Assembly: GCA_052327205.1 (NCBI GenBank)
Contig: CM126223.1
Location: 56,420,001 to 56,484,000 of the forward strand
DNA length: 64,000 nucleotides
DNA from: Somniosus microcephalus
Lineage: Eukaryota
Reading direction: 5' to 3'
Shown: positions 1 to 12,932 of the stretch, one piece after another
Position numbering within the stretch: position 1 is the stretch's first letter
Layout: each line of letters opens with the position of its first letter
The notes under the pieces: model-generated
Told to the model about the DNA's origin: nothing
What the model saw: the letters and a program-made list of their open reading frames with translations, nothing else
Database searches by the model: none
Program-made: the position numbers and the translations under genes

Positions 1-639
1 GAAACAAACACATCTACATCAGTTACAGAACTGCAAAAATTGGAGATGTTGAATAAACTACTAGAAAGAACAGCGCAGGGTTAATGCATAATGCCAGTGA
101 GAAGCAGCAAATAATTAAGTTCGAATAAGACTCTTTAAAAAGGTTTTCCTGTCTGATATTTTTACCCCCCCACCCTAAAATAAAATGCTTTTAATTAATT
201 TCTACACAACCAGAATGACTACTAGGGTCACTTTCCTATAAATACATATTACAAAATACAAAAAAAGTGGTATTTGCAATACAAACAAGCAAAACACAGT
301 AACTAATTAACTCTTATAGGAAAAGCTTCATGCAATGGGTTAGGTCTAGTTGCTGCGCTCAATAAATGAGAACACTAAATTAAAGGGCAGTATTGGTGCT
401 CTAATTTGAATGGGGTGTAGAGGAGGCAGCTACTCCCTTCCCCGAGGGCTGTTTAAGAGGCAGGTGCTGAACTTTTGATTTGTGTTCCGGGGACAAGATT
501 TGCATCCAGAAACATGTCGGATGGCACTGCCCGTTTAGATGATCAGCAACTGTCCACTGGCAGCCCTGTAAAAGCATCATCTCAGCTCCCTCCCCCCCCC
601 CCCCCCGCCACCTACAAGGTCTGGAGGTTTTATACGTTC

Positions 640-960
640 TCGTGATGTGGGCAAGACTGGCATTTATTACCAATCCTTATTGATGCAACGGAGTGGTTTG
701 CTGGACCACTTCAGAGTCAATCACGTTGGTGTGGGACTGGAGTCACACATGTGGGCCAGACCAGGCAAGGACGACAGGTTTCCTTCTCCATTAGGACATT
801 AATGGGTCCGTTGGATTTATACGACAGTCCAACAATCTTTGTGGCCACTTTTACTGATGCCAGTTCTTTATTTCCTGATTTTCTTTTTAACTGAATTCAA
901 GTTCTCTAACCATCACGGTAGGATTTGAAATCAAGGTCTCCGGTTTACTAGCCCTTGACA
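640..960 (-). mobile_element. tRNA-derived SINE with a 3' tail shared with the LINE at 59640-61220
   Basis: B-box-like head near 920-955 on minus strand; tail matches the LINE 3' UTR (ggcaataaatgc...cccacatc); related partial copies near 38400-38630 and 42170-42300; boundaries approximate. Confidence 0.55.
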
Positions 961-3089
961 CGGCAGATCTCCCAAGATGGTTTCAGAATTGTACAAGTTA
1001 AAATCTTTCCTCTTAAGGAGCAATAACGGAAGCAATCTTTTTGGTAATTAGCATTTTCATTATGAAGGACCATCCACCCAGACCAAATAACCACCACCCC
1101 CTTTGAAGTCAGTCAATGGATAAAGTCACGACTCCAGACCGGGCAACTTTTTCCAGCTGCGTCAGCTTATTTACAAATCTGGGCAAGCTAATTACGACAA
1201 GCCCGCTTCCACCCAGCGGAAGTCATTCAAGCATTGAAAAAAATATGCAACAAATGAACAGAAATATGCAAGGAGAATGCTCAAACTAACTTTAGTTTTT
1301 AAAAAGATCAATGAGACCCATCTGTTAAGAATTTTTTTGTTTGTTTTGCCCAAACCCAACTTTCTGCTGGTTTCCACTGGCAAGAATGTGCAAGAGTCAA
1401 GGTTCAAGGTTCAGGTCTAGTGCTCAGCTCCAACCAAGTCATGCTAACCTTTTTACAACCGCTACCCAGACCTTAGCTACATGAAGCTGCCATAAGCATA
1501 TCACCACCACGAAAGAAATGACTAAAGGAACTACTTAAAACCCGCTCTCTGCTCAAAGCAGTTGGAGAATTACTGCAATTGGTTCAAGAGTGCATTTTGC
1601 TTGTGTGCACATTTTAAGCTTTCCTACCTGTTGGTTGAGATTTGTGACTGGCCCAATGGAAGTCTGTGGTAAAAATGAAGAATTGCATTTTTTTGAGCTA
1701 CATCCATGCAGTACTTTTCAAGAAATTGCAATTTGTAAAACTCAACTGCGGGAACTGTTTAATAGGCCGCAGACAGTCCAATTCCATGGAACTTGCCCTG
1801 ATTTTTTTTGGAGGGGGGGCGGAGAAAGAGACGAGAGGAAAAGCAGCATTGTATCACTCCCCAGCAAGTCCCCAAATAATTACAATGTATTCTGATGTAT
1901 TTTTATTTCCCTGTGGGGAAGTGAGTGACCTTGGCTTCCACCTTGCCCCTAATGATGTGGGTAATTTGCCCTGATTTTAGGAGTAGTGTTTTTTTTTTTG
2001 GGGGGGGGGGGGGGGTGGGTGGGGAGAGAGAGAATGGGACGACAAAAGCAGAGGGGAAATCAATTTCCCAAATCAGCACCCTGCCACGCCATGGCATACC
2101 ATTTTGTAGCACCACAATGCTACCTGGACTACTTAAATGCAATCTACTTCTAACGTCTGTGCATGCACGAACGTGCAATGCAGATGCTGGGAGTTGCAGT
2201 TGTGTCCTGGGTTTACGGTTACATCTGATTGACCTGCACGTGTGATATGTTGAACGGAGAATTGCAGTTTATCTTTTTAAATGGTATTGATATGATAATA
2301 GGTATTACATGTGCACCTTACAAACAATTCTCACTTTAAAAAAGTGTTCAATACACACAAATGCAAAGGGGGGGTGGGGGAGAGAAAGGGGGAAAGAGCA
2401 GAGAGAGCATGGCCACACTCAGAGGCGGCAGGGATGGAGACAGGCAAAAACTGGGAAGGTGGAAACTGGACGTGCCACGGAATGGGCCAATGATAAACAT
2501 GGAGAAAAACAAACAAGAACCCACACTTATTACTCCGGCCCAGGTCTAAATTTCTTGCATATACTTTAAAAGCTACATTAATTAACTGAAGGTTGTACTT
2601 ACCGCACCAAGATCTCATTGAATGAAATTGTAATTCTGGTCCTTTGACTAACACTTTACTCAGTGTTGGTATGAACTATTCTTGTAGCTTATGTGCAATT
2701 AACTTTGATTAGAAGGACATAAAAAATAGCCATCGACCACAACTGAGCTACATGCAGTAATTGACGCCCTTCAACTGTAAAGTGCAATACCTTATTTTAT
2801 CAAAGCAACCTGACAATTAACAGTTCTCTCACTCTCCACATCTCTTTCTCCTCCACCACCACCCCACAAATTTGGCACTATTTATTGGAGAACCAAAATG
2901 CTACCCAAACAACTTTATGTATTATAACACACTGCAATTCTAGAAATCATCAGCTGTGTAATATAGTAGTCAAGTATCAAAACTCAAGAATTTTATGCTT
3001 TTCTGCCACCTTCAGGCAAAGTCAGGTATGGCACTTACCTCATGTCACAGGTTATGAATGCTTCAAACAGAGGGCTTGCTAGACAAAAA

Positions 3090-4230
3090 AAAAGGCCAAG
3101 GTTCATCTAGTTCGCCATCTACCATTCTGGCAGTCGTATAATACGAGAATGGCGTTGTTGACTAATCGTGGCAATCAGTTTATCATCAATTAGTCTACAG
3201 CAGAGCCAGACAGAAGGTGAAGAAAACCCACCAATGGTGCAAAGCTTTAGGAGCCACAGGTCCAAAGCTATCTGTTCCTCCCAAGCCTGCTACACTTACC
3301 ATATTACGATCACCTATCAAATTACTCCTACTGTATCCCAAAATATTATTTTCTATAATAAATACATCTAATTTTCATTTGAATAAATCAACACATTCTG
3401 CTTCCACCATCTCCTCAGGGAGTCTGCTCCATAGATTTACCACTCATTCAGTGAAATAATGCTTCAGCAGATTAGTTTTGAATTTAGCCCCTTCAAGTGT
3501 AGGCCATGTTTTCCGGTTTTACTGTCCTAGACAAGGTGAAACAGCGCGTCATGTTCTACATTATCTAGTCCCTTTAGAATCCTAAAAACAGCAATCAGAT
3601 CACCTTTCAGCTTTCTCCTTTCCACTGAGAACATGCCCAATTTACATAATCACTCATCATAATTCAATCCCTCCCTCCCCTCAATCATTCTGTTGCTCTC
3701 TTCTGTATCCTTTCAATAGCAGCAACATCCTTTCTGTACTGCAGCAACCAGACCTGCACACAGTATTCAAAGTGCAGTCACGCCAATGATTTATAAAGTG
3801 GCAGGGTGACCTCATTATTGTGGCTCAATATTGACCTTTTAACACAACCCAACATCTGATTTGCTTTACCACTGCCACCGAGCATCGTTGCGATAGCTTC
3901 AATTTATTGTATCAGGACCCCCAGGTGTCTTTCATTTAAGTAATAATCCCTTGCTGGATTTTTTTGTCCCCACGTGAAGCACTTCACACTTCTCTACGTT
4001 AAATTTCATCTGCCACCAGTCTGCCCAATTCCCAAGTATATTCAAATCATCCTGTAGCTTATCCTGTTCAGCTCTGTAGTCTACATTAGCTTCGTATTTT
4101 CTGCAAATGTAACCACTGCACTTCCATCATTTATGAAGCTATGAAACAAAGGAAGTCCCAAAACAAACCCCTGTAGGATCCCACTGCTAACGCTCTCCCA
4201 GGCTGATGACAAACCCTGTCCCACCACCAA
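3090..4230 (-). mobile_element. Degenerate CR1-clade LINE 3' fragment
   Basis: Reverse strand carries decayed CR1 ORF2 C-terminal motifs (EYCVQVW at ~3745-3770); boundaries approximate. Confidence 0.65.
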
Positions 4231-5142
4231 TGCTGTAATAACCATTAGAAACGGTTGAAGTAAATATATTCAAATTAATTCACAGCGTTGATGGCATAGA
4301 AATAAACCCAATTCCAAGATTAACAATGACTTAAGAACACAAGTACAATTCAACAAATTATTCCAGTTCCTAAGAGCATTTCACTACCTCTTCAGATAGG
4401 GACTACTTCAATCAAATCAGTAAAATTATGCACTTCGAGAATAGGCACTAAAATACACAACTAGGATACTAACACTGTGTTTCAGCTTCATCGTGAATAT
4501 TGCTTGGAAGTGAAAGCATTTAATAGGCAAGTGACAAAATTAAATGGCCAGGACATGAATCCTTCCTTGGTCTTCTCCTCCGTCGTCCATGAACTGAATT
4601 GGCTCATTCGTGAAGATGCTACAAGGCAGTCTAACTATATGCATTTAATAATTTTATTTTTGAAAATTAGATCAGTCTTGCATGCAGAGGTGCGATTATG
4701 CAGTGGACACAAAACAGAAAGCACTGTGAAGCTATTTGGGGCATCTCAAGTTGGAAAACAAGAAACATTAAATGACAATTAGAGTACTGCAACCTTTTAC
4801 AGTAAAAGATGCAGTATGAAAATTTCCATGTAAGTAATTTAAACGTATACTAAAAATGGTTAATTCTGAGGGGGTGGGTCAGAATGCGTGTTATCTTGCA
4901 TTTGTCACTCCTCTCTTCGCTCACGTTTTACTCTACCACTCACCATTCCCAAACAACACGAGGACCTTAGCACGAGAATCATATGTCCAGAGCAGTTCCT
5001 CCTCGCACAATGCATTGGAACAGAGACACTACAAGGGCACTTTTAAACAATCCCCTTCCTCCAAATAAAAAAAAGATAAGAACCACAAACATTTTGAGCT
5101 CCTTCTTAATATGGGTGATGTTTCCAAACTAAGTCCACTTAC

Positions 5143-5354
5143 CCACTGTGAGCAAGGCACCACATTGGCTAGAGCCATTGCAATGGGCAGCTCTCCCTGA
5201 TCTCCCATCATGGTGACCAACTCCACAAGTCTTTCAAACCGATCAGCCAGTACAGTTTCTGCAAGGGTGTCAAACTCTGTGCCCTGTTGAAGAATTTTAG
5301 TCAGCACTTCCATGAATGTAGCTCTTGTTTGAAGATCTTTATGGTACCCCAAGC
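5143..5354 (-). CDS. NF1: NF1 exon 27 orthologue (212 nt), start of GAP-related domain
   Basis: GLGYHKDLQTRATFMEVLTKILQQGTEFDTLAETVLADRFERLVELVTMMGDQGELPIAMALANVVPCSQW; acceptor tag|GC, donor TGG|gtaagt. Confidence 0.98.
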
Positions 5355-6039
5355 CTAAGCACAGTAAAACAAAAGAAAATCCAATTAGGGTTTTGTTATG
5401 GCTGGGTAGGGAACACAAGACTAAACTTCAAAGCATCATTTTTGTCAAAGGGCATTCATTGTAAAAGGATTTTCTAAAAGCAACTCTTCTAAATAAAACG
5501 ATTCATAAAACCTCAACAATGCTGAAATCCAGCATCAACCCAACACAAGCGGAATATGCTAAGTGAGCCTGCCTGCCGTGGAAAATTCACCACTGGTAGG
5601 GACCCAAATTGGTCAACCTTGGAATCATATTTTAGGATGCTTTACCTCAACTTCCCAATTTCATTTCTGACTAAGATAACCAGCAGAGGAACACAGGCAG
5701 CAAGCTGGGCGGCACAAGACACACAAACCAAAGCGATCTTATTTGCTGAATCTCCACTCGTCCAATAATAGCAATTTAAACCATCACCTTTAAAAAGTGT
5801 TTCATTTTTTTTTTTTTTTTTTAAATTGTTCAGTTGTGACAACACAACTAGTCTGCTAAGACTTGAGCTTGGATCAGGAATTCTACGAACTTGCACTGCA
5901 CTATAAACTAAAACAGATCATAGCAAAAATATATTTTATACATGTTACTGTTGCTCTTTGCAACGCTGCAGTTGAAAGCTTAGACGTGATATGTTCAGCA
6001 TATGAAAAACCAAGAAAGCCCAGGAAGAATCTGCTCCGA

Positions 6040-6320
6040 TAGCCCAGTTAGTTTTAAAAAAGACTGCCCAGTCTGGGACTCAGGTCTTGCAGATCAGGAA
6101 GGTCTGAGTTTTGATCCAAGTCTGTGCTGAGTTAGCTGATCTCAGGAGGGGGTAAAAGTGAGACAAATCACTATCCCGTGACACTTGTTGAGATGTGCAT
6201 GGAGGTCATTGATGCTAAAACAGCCCAGTCCAGACTCAGGTGAAAAATAGCCAATTAAGGCAGGCTGCTGGTTGATGCTCATGCAAATGTACCTCAGTTT
6301 GAATCAGCGCCCCCAGGAGA
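6040..6320 (+). mobile_element. Old SINE-like element
   Basis: Degenerate B-box-like segment followed by tctgtgctgagttagctgatctcag, a motif I associate with ancient vertebrate SINEs; family not confirmed. Confidence 0.35.
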
Positions 6321-6536
6321 TAGTGGGAGAGACGTTTCATCTTTAGATGAGAAATGTTATATATAACAGGACTAAATCTAAAGTAGCTCGATTTATTTTT
6401 GATTCAAATATTTTCATCCAAGCCTGGATTTGCACGTAATTGGGTTCTGATCAGCTGCCCATGAAAAATATTGAATTAAATCTGCATACAGTGAATGCTT
6501 TTGAAGAAGTTATAAATAAATAGGCGTTTTGTTCAC

Positions 6537-6718
6537 CTATGGAGTGCATAAGCCCGCTGTCTACATTTGCGTTGAGAAGGTTGGACATGGCAAGAACTGT
6601 GCAGTGCCTGAGTGACGCAAGGCGCCGCGACATCCCTCGTTTTCGTCCACCTGTTTGTGCCGTTTCCTCCTCCACTTCACTGCAGTCATTTAGCAAATTC
6701 ATGAAGAGAGTAAAGTAC
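6537..6718 (-). CDS. NF1: NF1 exon 26 orthologue (182 nt)
   Basis: YFTLFMNLLNDCSEVEEETAQTGGRKRGMSRRLASLRHCTVLAMSNLLNANVDSGLMHSI; ttag|G ... ATAG|gtgaac. Confidence 0.98.
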
Positions 6719-6889
6719 CTAAGGAAGAGCAACATTTTATTTAAATATTATTTTTTTTTTTTTTTAAAAAGTTAAAAAAATTGTAAGAACAAATATATGC
6801 GGCAGCTGAGGAATTTTCGGGCACAGTTCAAATCACCATCACATTCAACATTTGGATTTGTTACCTCAAGTGGCCTGAACTGGACTTAC

Positions 6890-7006
6890 TTGAGGAAGAG
6901 CTGTGATTTAGCCTCCATTAGTTCCACGCCATCCCCCTCTTCTGGCTGCAAAGGTAACCCAGCAAGCAACGACACCACCGCCTCCATGCTCGCCTGGTCA
7001 AGGTCT
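6890..7006 (-). CDS. NF1: NF1 exon 25 orthologue (117 nt)
   Basis: DLDQASMEAVVSLLAGLPLQPEEGDGVELMEAKSQLFLK; ccag|A ... AA|gtaagt. Confidence 0.98.
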
Positions 7007-8381
7007 CTGGAGAAGACATCCATCAAAAACAGGCACAAACTGATTTCAGGTTTCATTTTTTTTTTTTTTTAAACTCCACATAACATGTTCTTTTCTTTTT
7101 GCGTTGTCAAGTAATTTTTTTTTTTAAAACACCAATATAAATCAAATTTAAGATTGGAATGCCGATTAGATTTTTATTCCATGCAAAGTTATTGCAAAGA
7201 TCCTTGCATCAATAAATCTTAAAAATACTAGGTAACGTCGCCTGGGCATTTGACAATAAAATCAAAACAAGTTTCTCTGAACTTGGGGGAAGATTTCCCC
7301 GATGCACTGCATGTAACACAATCATAAAGTTGCTCTTTATAAACAAATTTATGATTTTGTTACTTATTGGATGTGGAGAAAATCTTTCCCCCACCCCCCC
7401 AAATATGAGTCAGTTGTATGACCACATGTAGCATAATGTACACAATTTTGGGCACCTTGGCGTCAAAAGAATGCATGAAGCGGGTTTGAAGAATTAGGTA
7501 TGAATGACTCCAGGATTCAGGAGACTCACTTGAACATTTGATTTGGGTGGGAGGGGAGGGAGAGGAGGGAGAGCAGGGAGAGGAGGGAGCGCATGCAAAA
7601 TAGAACAATGCAAGAGGGAGGAGAAAGAGAAAAATAAAAATAAAGAAAGAAAACAACAGAAAAGAATCCAGATCTTTGAAATGCTCAACCCTCAAGGTAT
7701 GTATGTTGTATACAACCATTGAACCAGCATATATTCTATTATTTTTATTCTGTAATCATCTGAAGACACATGAAAATTACTGCACAACTAAACAAAAATA
7801 TTGTTAGCTACTTGAATTTAAAAAAATGCTTTAAGACATTTCGTTAAGGGGCACATTTGACTTAAAACAGAACTGGAAGACACTAGTTTAAAATTATTAA
7901 GCCTCAAGTGAGATGAGAGATTACAGAATTTATTTTAACACTCGAGTATTGGATCTGTGGAACAACAAAGCAATGAATGTTATGTGGAATTGCTCAAAAT
8001 AAAACTAGATACATATGTTTCATTGTGGAATTGAAGGTTGCAGTGGACAATTATTATACGGATTATCAAATACTCCCGTGACACAATGGGTCCAGAGTTG
8101 CTGGGACTGGAAGAGGACAGTAATGTGTGCAAGGGGCAGCAACCGCGATTGAATAATGGAGATGCGGGAATGGACATATATTCTGCACTTCGGCTGATTA
8201 CCTTTGGGAAGTCAAATGAGTTGGCTTGAAAAGTTAGAAGGCTTTTTTTCTTGCTCCAGGCTTTATTATATACTCTTAATAAATACAAATGATCACTTCC
8301 AAGGAAAGAGGACGATCTCTTAAGCATTCATAAATCTCAGCTTGGAAACATTTAATGGGGGGGGGAAAAAAAGGGCTTTAC

Positions 8382-8465
8382 CTCGTTAAGCATTTCACAT
8401 CATCATCAGCAGCCTGGTTTGATGTTCCCATAACCCAATCCGTCAGGTACTCCACCATCTTGTTC
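8382..8465 (-). CDS. NF1: NF1 exon 24 orthologue (84 nt)
   Basis: NKMVEYLTDWVMGTSNQAADDDVKCLTR; ccag|G ... AG|gtaaag. Confidence 0.98.
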
Positions 8466-8724
8466 CTGGACACAAAAAAAAAGGGTAAACTAAACACCAT
8501 ATTGCAACACGGGTTCACCGCATCAATCTCCCCACCCAGCTGATCTCCCAATTTTACACGTTGATGACAAACATCTGCTTACAAAGGAGGAAGAAATATC
8601 ATTCACAATTATCATGACAACTTGCATCAGGTATCCTTACTTATATCCCAAGTCTCTGGATATTATCATTCTTGGTCATCTTTGTATTTCCTCATCCCAA
8701 TAACATTTGTATTAAAATGCTCAC

Positions 8725-8847
8725 CTAAATTTCATCTCTTGACAGAAGGAGAGATCATCTCGTCTCTCCATCATTACTTCCACCAGTTGACAGAGTTTGG
8801 TTTTGATCTGGATTGCATGGACTGTATTCCCAAGGACACGTACATAC
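8725..8847 (-). CDS. NF1: NF1 exon 23 orthologue (123 nt)
   Basis: YVRVLGNTVHAIQIKTKLCQLVEVMMERRDDLSFCQEMKFR; gcag|G ... AG|gtgagc. Confidence 0.98.
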
Positions 8848-9119
8848 CTGCATTGAACAGCACAACAGGACAAGCTGAAGTAATGTAATCTGGAACTTAT
8901 TTGTGGAATTTATCTTTAGCACCTACTTGGTATGTGAAGAGAGTGAATGCTAATTCAGCAATGTCAGGCGATTAAAAGATTAGCTGGGTCAGTCGTTTGG
9001 AATGACAAATGAAATCAGTTCTCAAATAAGCAGCCGAACGATATGGATCGGCTACTCGCATCAATCTGCTACTCCTAGAATCTAAAGGCCACCTGACTTT
9101 AAGGGTACAGCTGCTCTGG

Positions 9120-9790
9120 ATGTTGTGGTCAGAGCTCCTGCCATCTCCACCCTAGCTTCTCTCAGCAACCCAAGATGCACCCCATCTGAACCGAGTGACT
9201 TGTTAACTTCGATTGATGCCAACCAATTTAGCACCTTCTTTATCCGATCCAATATCTCTGCTCCCCACTCTTCAACTGCAATATTAACTTTATCCTCTTT
9301 TGTGAAGAATGATGCAAAAGTACTCATTCAGTAACTCGGTCATGCCCTCTGCCTCCACAAGACAATTTCCTTTCTTGTGCCTAATTTGTCCCACTCTTCC
9401 TTTAACTATTTATATATATTAATTATTTAAAAAATTGGGTTCCCATTTATGTTGCCCACGAATCTTCTTCATACTCTCTCTCTGTCCTCATTATACCCCC
9501 TGCATTCGGTATTCTGCCTGGTTTTCGATTGCATTCTGCACCTGGCATGTCATAAACCACCTTTTTCTCTTTTATTGAACCTCTATTTCCTTTGTCATGC
9601 AGAGTTTCTAGCTTTGGATGCCCCATCTTTCTTCCTTATGGGAATGTGTTTGGTTTGTACCTGAACTACCTCTGCCTTCTAGGCCTGCCACTGCTCATTA
9701 ATTGTTTAACTTGGCCAATCTTTGTTTCCACTTGTGATAGATCCCTTCTCAAATCATTCATATTGGCTCTCTTCTAGTTGGGAATTTTCA
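9120..9790 (-). mobile_element. CR1-clade LINE ORF2 internal fragment
   Basis: Minus ORF contains NKSLGSDGVHLGLLRE, a decayed KSPGPDGIHPRVLRE pre-RT motif. Confidence 0.7.
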
Positions 9791-10158
9791 CCTTTGAGGT
9801 GATCCAATTAGCCTCAGTTCCCCAGGTGAAGGGAAATGGGAAGAGAAGGTAGGAAAAAAGGGAAGGGTTTCGGATTCCATTTGCCACCGTTGGAAGTGCA
9901 CACATGTGGACTTTGGGTGCAGCCAGGATTGGGCTTGCTGTGGTGCCACCCCACCCCAAAGACAAATTGCCCACCAACATTCACCATCAAGGCTCATGCA
10001 TGAATAATGGCTACTTGGGCACAGTAGTCGAGGAAGACCAGCAGCTATGGTACCAATGGAAGGAGGCAAAGTCTTCAGGAGAGAAGGCCTGGGAGAAAAC
10101 TGGAGAAAGAAAGAGAGAGGGAGGGGAAGAGAAAGAGAGGAGAGAGAGAACCTCATAC

Positions 10159-10298
10159 CTAACTAAATTGAGCATCATGGTCTCAATGCTGGCCTGTCCC
10201 AGGTGCTCTGAACTGCCATCAGTGTGATTATCGAGTAGGTTCTTCATAATTGCTATAGTCTGTTCCACAAATGGTGTGTTTGTATCATTCAATAAAAC
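10159..10298 (-). CDS. NF1: NF1 exon 22 orthologue (140 nt)
   Basis: VLLNDTNTPFVEQTIAIMKNLLDNHTDGSSEHLGQASIETMMLNLVR; acag|GTT ... AG|gtatga. Confidence 0.98.
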
Positions 10299-10754
10299 CT
10301 GTATGAAAATACAAGTTACACTTTAGGGAGCATCGTGTTCATTTAAAATAATGTATTTCTAATAGCTCAGCCAAATGGGAATGCAGTTACCTCAGTGTCA
10401 TACCCCAAAGTTTTATTGAAAAGAAAAACCCACTATGGTCTGTTACTGAAACACAAAAACCTGACGTATTCAACATTTGGCATAAAAGACAGGTGCATCA
10501 TATTTAAACAGCTCTTCTGCAGGGCAATGCCATCAGATACTGCAGTATAGTACTTCATAAGTACAACAATTACTTCAAGAAGTGAAATTACATAAAATAC
10601 ACCTAATTATGCTTTTAATCAAATTCAACCCCCTCCATCCACAATGACACAAACTTGGATAACATAATAGAGCAAGCTTTGGGCTCATTTTACTTTAATT
10701 CAATAGCCATTTAAGTAAAAGGTGACCAGTAAGTTCAGTTACTTGGATACTCAC

Positions 10755-11195
10755 CTGACCTTGCAAGTCAAAAAACCTGCTGATGCAATTTTTCAGCTTG
10801 TTGAAGAGCATTGGGTAAAGTACAGGGCTCAGCTCCAGTCCAACCAGGTCTTTAATGTTAGTCCTAATCTGAAGCCCTACTTTTTCATGATTACACACCA
10901 TCAGTGTGAGCAGGCGTTCCAAAAATTTGCTGACTGGAGTCTCTGCGCTTCCTTCAGTTGAGACCATAGATATCATGGAACCCTTCCTTTCAGTGATTGG
11001 CCCCATGGGAGGGCTGTATGTAACTAAGCCTGGGTTAGTGCGATGCTGGAGACAGACACCTCCTATTGCACACAAGAAGCCTGTCATGTTAATCCATTCC
11101 TGTAGAGAATCAGTGTCCGACAGGTCTATCGAGCCACCCCCACTTACATGTGACATCCGGCGCTTAACAAGCGTCTTATGAAGACTTTCTGTCAC
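10755..11195 (-). CDS. NF1: NF1 exon 21 orthologue (441 nt), CSRD
   Basis: VTESLHKTLVKRRMSHVSGGGSIDLSDTDSLQEWINMTGFLCAIGGVC...RFFDLQGQ; ttag|GTG ... CAG|gtgagt. Confidence 0.98.
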
Positions 11196-11349
11196 CTAAA
11201 TGTGGAAGCATTTGTCAGTACATATTATAGCAAATGAATTATTAAAAAGGGAAGAAATTATTCTAAGTGTACAACAGAACCAAACTTTTATTAAAAAAAG
11301 GCTTCACCAAAATATAAACAAATTATGCAAGTCACACAAGAAAAGCACA

Positions 11350-12310
11350 TCATAACAGAATTGGAGGCAACCTTGTGGAATGGATGGTTAATTGGTTGAG
11401 AGGCAGACATTGGGATAAATGGGCCATTCTCAGATTGCTGGGCACTGACAGGTGTTGTTCCCCCAGGAAGCTATGCTGGGGCCTCAGCTTTTCACTCGAC
11501 TCCCAGATTCAGGCTACTTTTGTGTATCGAGTAAAAGTTTCCAGATGATATTAAACATGGAGGTGCAGTGAATTGTGAAGCAAAGTAAAATTTCAAAAAG
11601 GGCAGATTAAGCACATGGGCAGAACAATAGCAGGTGTCGTTTCATGTGAAAATGTGAGGTACTGTAATATACTTCAGATGCAAGAATGGCAGATAACAAG
11701 ATACACTGAATTAGGAAGCACATGAAGGTATAGATGAAAGGATTTTGGGGTCCGGGTCTTGAAAGCTAGCTTACAGGTGCAGAAAGCGATCAAAGAGACC
11801 AATAAGATCTTAAGCTTCATCACAGGTATTAAGAGGAACTAAATACAAGGAAGTACTGCTGCAGTTCTTTAGAGCAGGCAATACTTGGAGTGCTGTGTTC
11901 AGCTTTGGGCACCTCACCTTAAGAAGAGTATGCTGGCTTTGGAAGGAGAATAAAGGATGATCTGATTGAGGAGCTAAAATAATGCCGGGTTTGACAGTAG
12001 ATGGGAAAAGACTCTTTCCTACAGTAGGGGAAATCTAAAACAAGAGATAGAATATTATAATTAAGCCAGTTAAAAGAGCAAAATCAAGAAAACGCTTCTT
12101 TACATCATGGGTTATTAAAATGTGGTATGCAGTGCTCCAAGAGTTCATAGATTCAGAATCAATTGAGGTGTTTAAAAGCAAGATAATTACTAAAAAGTGA
12201 GTATTTATGGGATGTTGAGAGGGAAGGAAACTGGGATTGAAGAGATAGAGCTGCTATGGCCAACAATGACACAGCAAGCTTGAAGGTGCAATGGCCTGCT
12301 CCTGTACGTA
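11350..12310 (+). mobile_element. Degenerate CR1-clade LINE (RT end to 3' UTR)
   Basis: Decayed GVPQGSVLGP (~11450-11480) and LECCVQLWAPH (~11885) motifs; CR1-type 3' end aatggcctgctcctgta. Confidence 0.75.
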
Positions 12311-12535
12311 ACACCTTCCAGACCATCCACAAGGCTACCTATGTCACAGGAGGTAATGCAGGAGCGGTTTCGATTAGATGACTATGACAAAGAGGATAAT
12401 TTAAGTCTCTGAAATGGGCACATTAATAGTTTCCTTATGCTCAATCTCATGCGGCTAAACGTCAGTTGTCCCTCTAAGAGGTTGGACACAGATCATGCAG
12501 CAGGACAAATTACACTTGCCCTCCTCCAATATTTA

Positions 12536-12632
12536 GTGCTGGGAATACTCAGCAGATCAGGCAGGTCATCTGTAGAGAGGGGAAGCTTTCCTCTCCACAG
12601 ATGCTGCCCAAGTTGCTGAGTGTTTCCAGCAT
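12536..12632. repeat. ~100 bp imperfect inverted repeat (Penelope-like terminal remnant or small foldback element)
   Basis: gctgggaatactcagca...catctgtagagagg pairs with cctctccacagatg...tgctgagtgtttccagc; right arm recurs at 40345-40400. Confidence 0.7.
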
Positions 12633-12848
12633 TTTCTGTTTGTATTTAAAGTATTCCCATGCCAGTTATGAATCCTTTTTCCGTGCCCCCAACATGATTT
12701 AAACTTCAACAGCAGAAAAGCATCTCTTATGGCCCAATGTGATTCTATGCTAGCCATCCCGACATCTTCTATGACAGAGACTGGTGCCAAATCACAGCTG
12801 GTTTTGATAAGTATCCACTTGTATTACACTCCAAAACTTAAGACTTAC

Positions 12849-12932
12849 CTGTCCATCCTCAATCTTAGTTTTAGGATAATTGAGAATTAACTTGGTAGCA
12901 TGTTCCCACTTTGTATGTGTGTCTTCCCAGGC
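12849..12932 (-). CDS. NF1: NF1 exon 20 orthologue (84 nt)
   Basis: AWEDTHTKWEHATKLILNYPKTKIEDGQ; ttag|GCC ... CAG|gtaagt. Confidence 0.97.

Noticed and set aside
2603-2647. 45-nt segment with strong donor GCG|gtaagt in intron 27
   Set aside because: In-frame TGA and no polypyrimidine tract at the acceptor; likely chance
1-5142. NF1 exon 28 or nested genes OMG/EVI2A/EVI2B
   Set aside because: No DELARVLVTLF peptide found; the nested genes lie in a much later NF1 intron, outside this window
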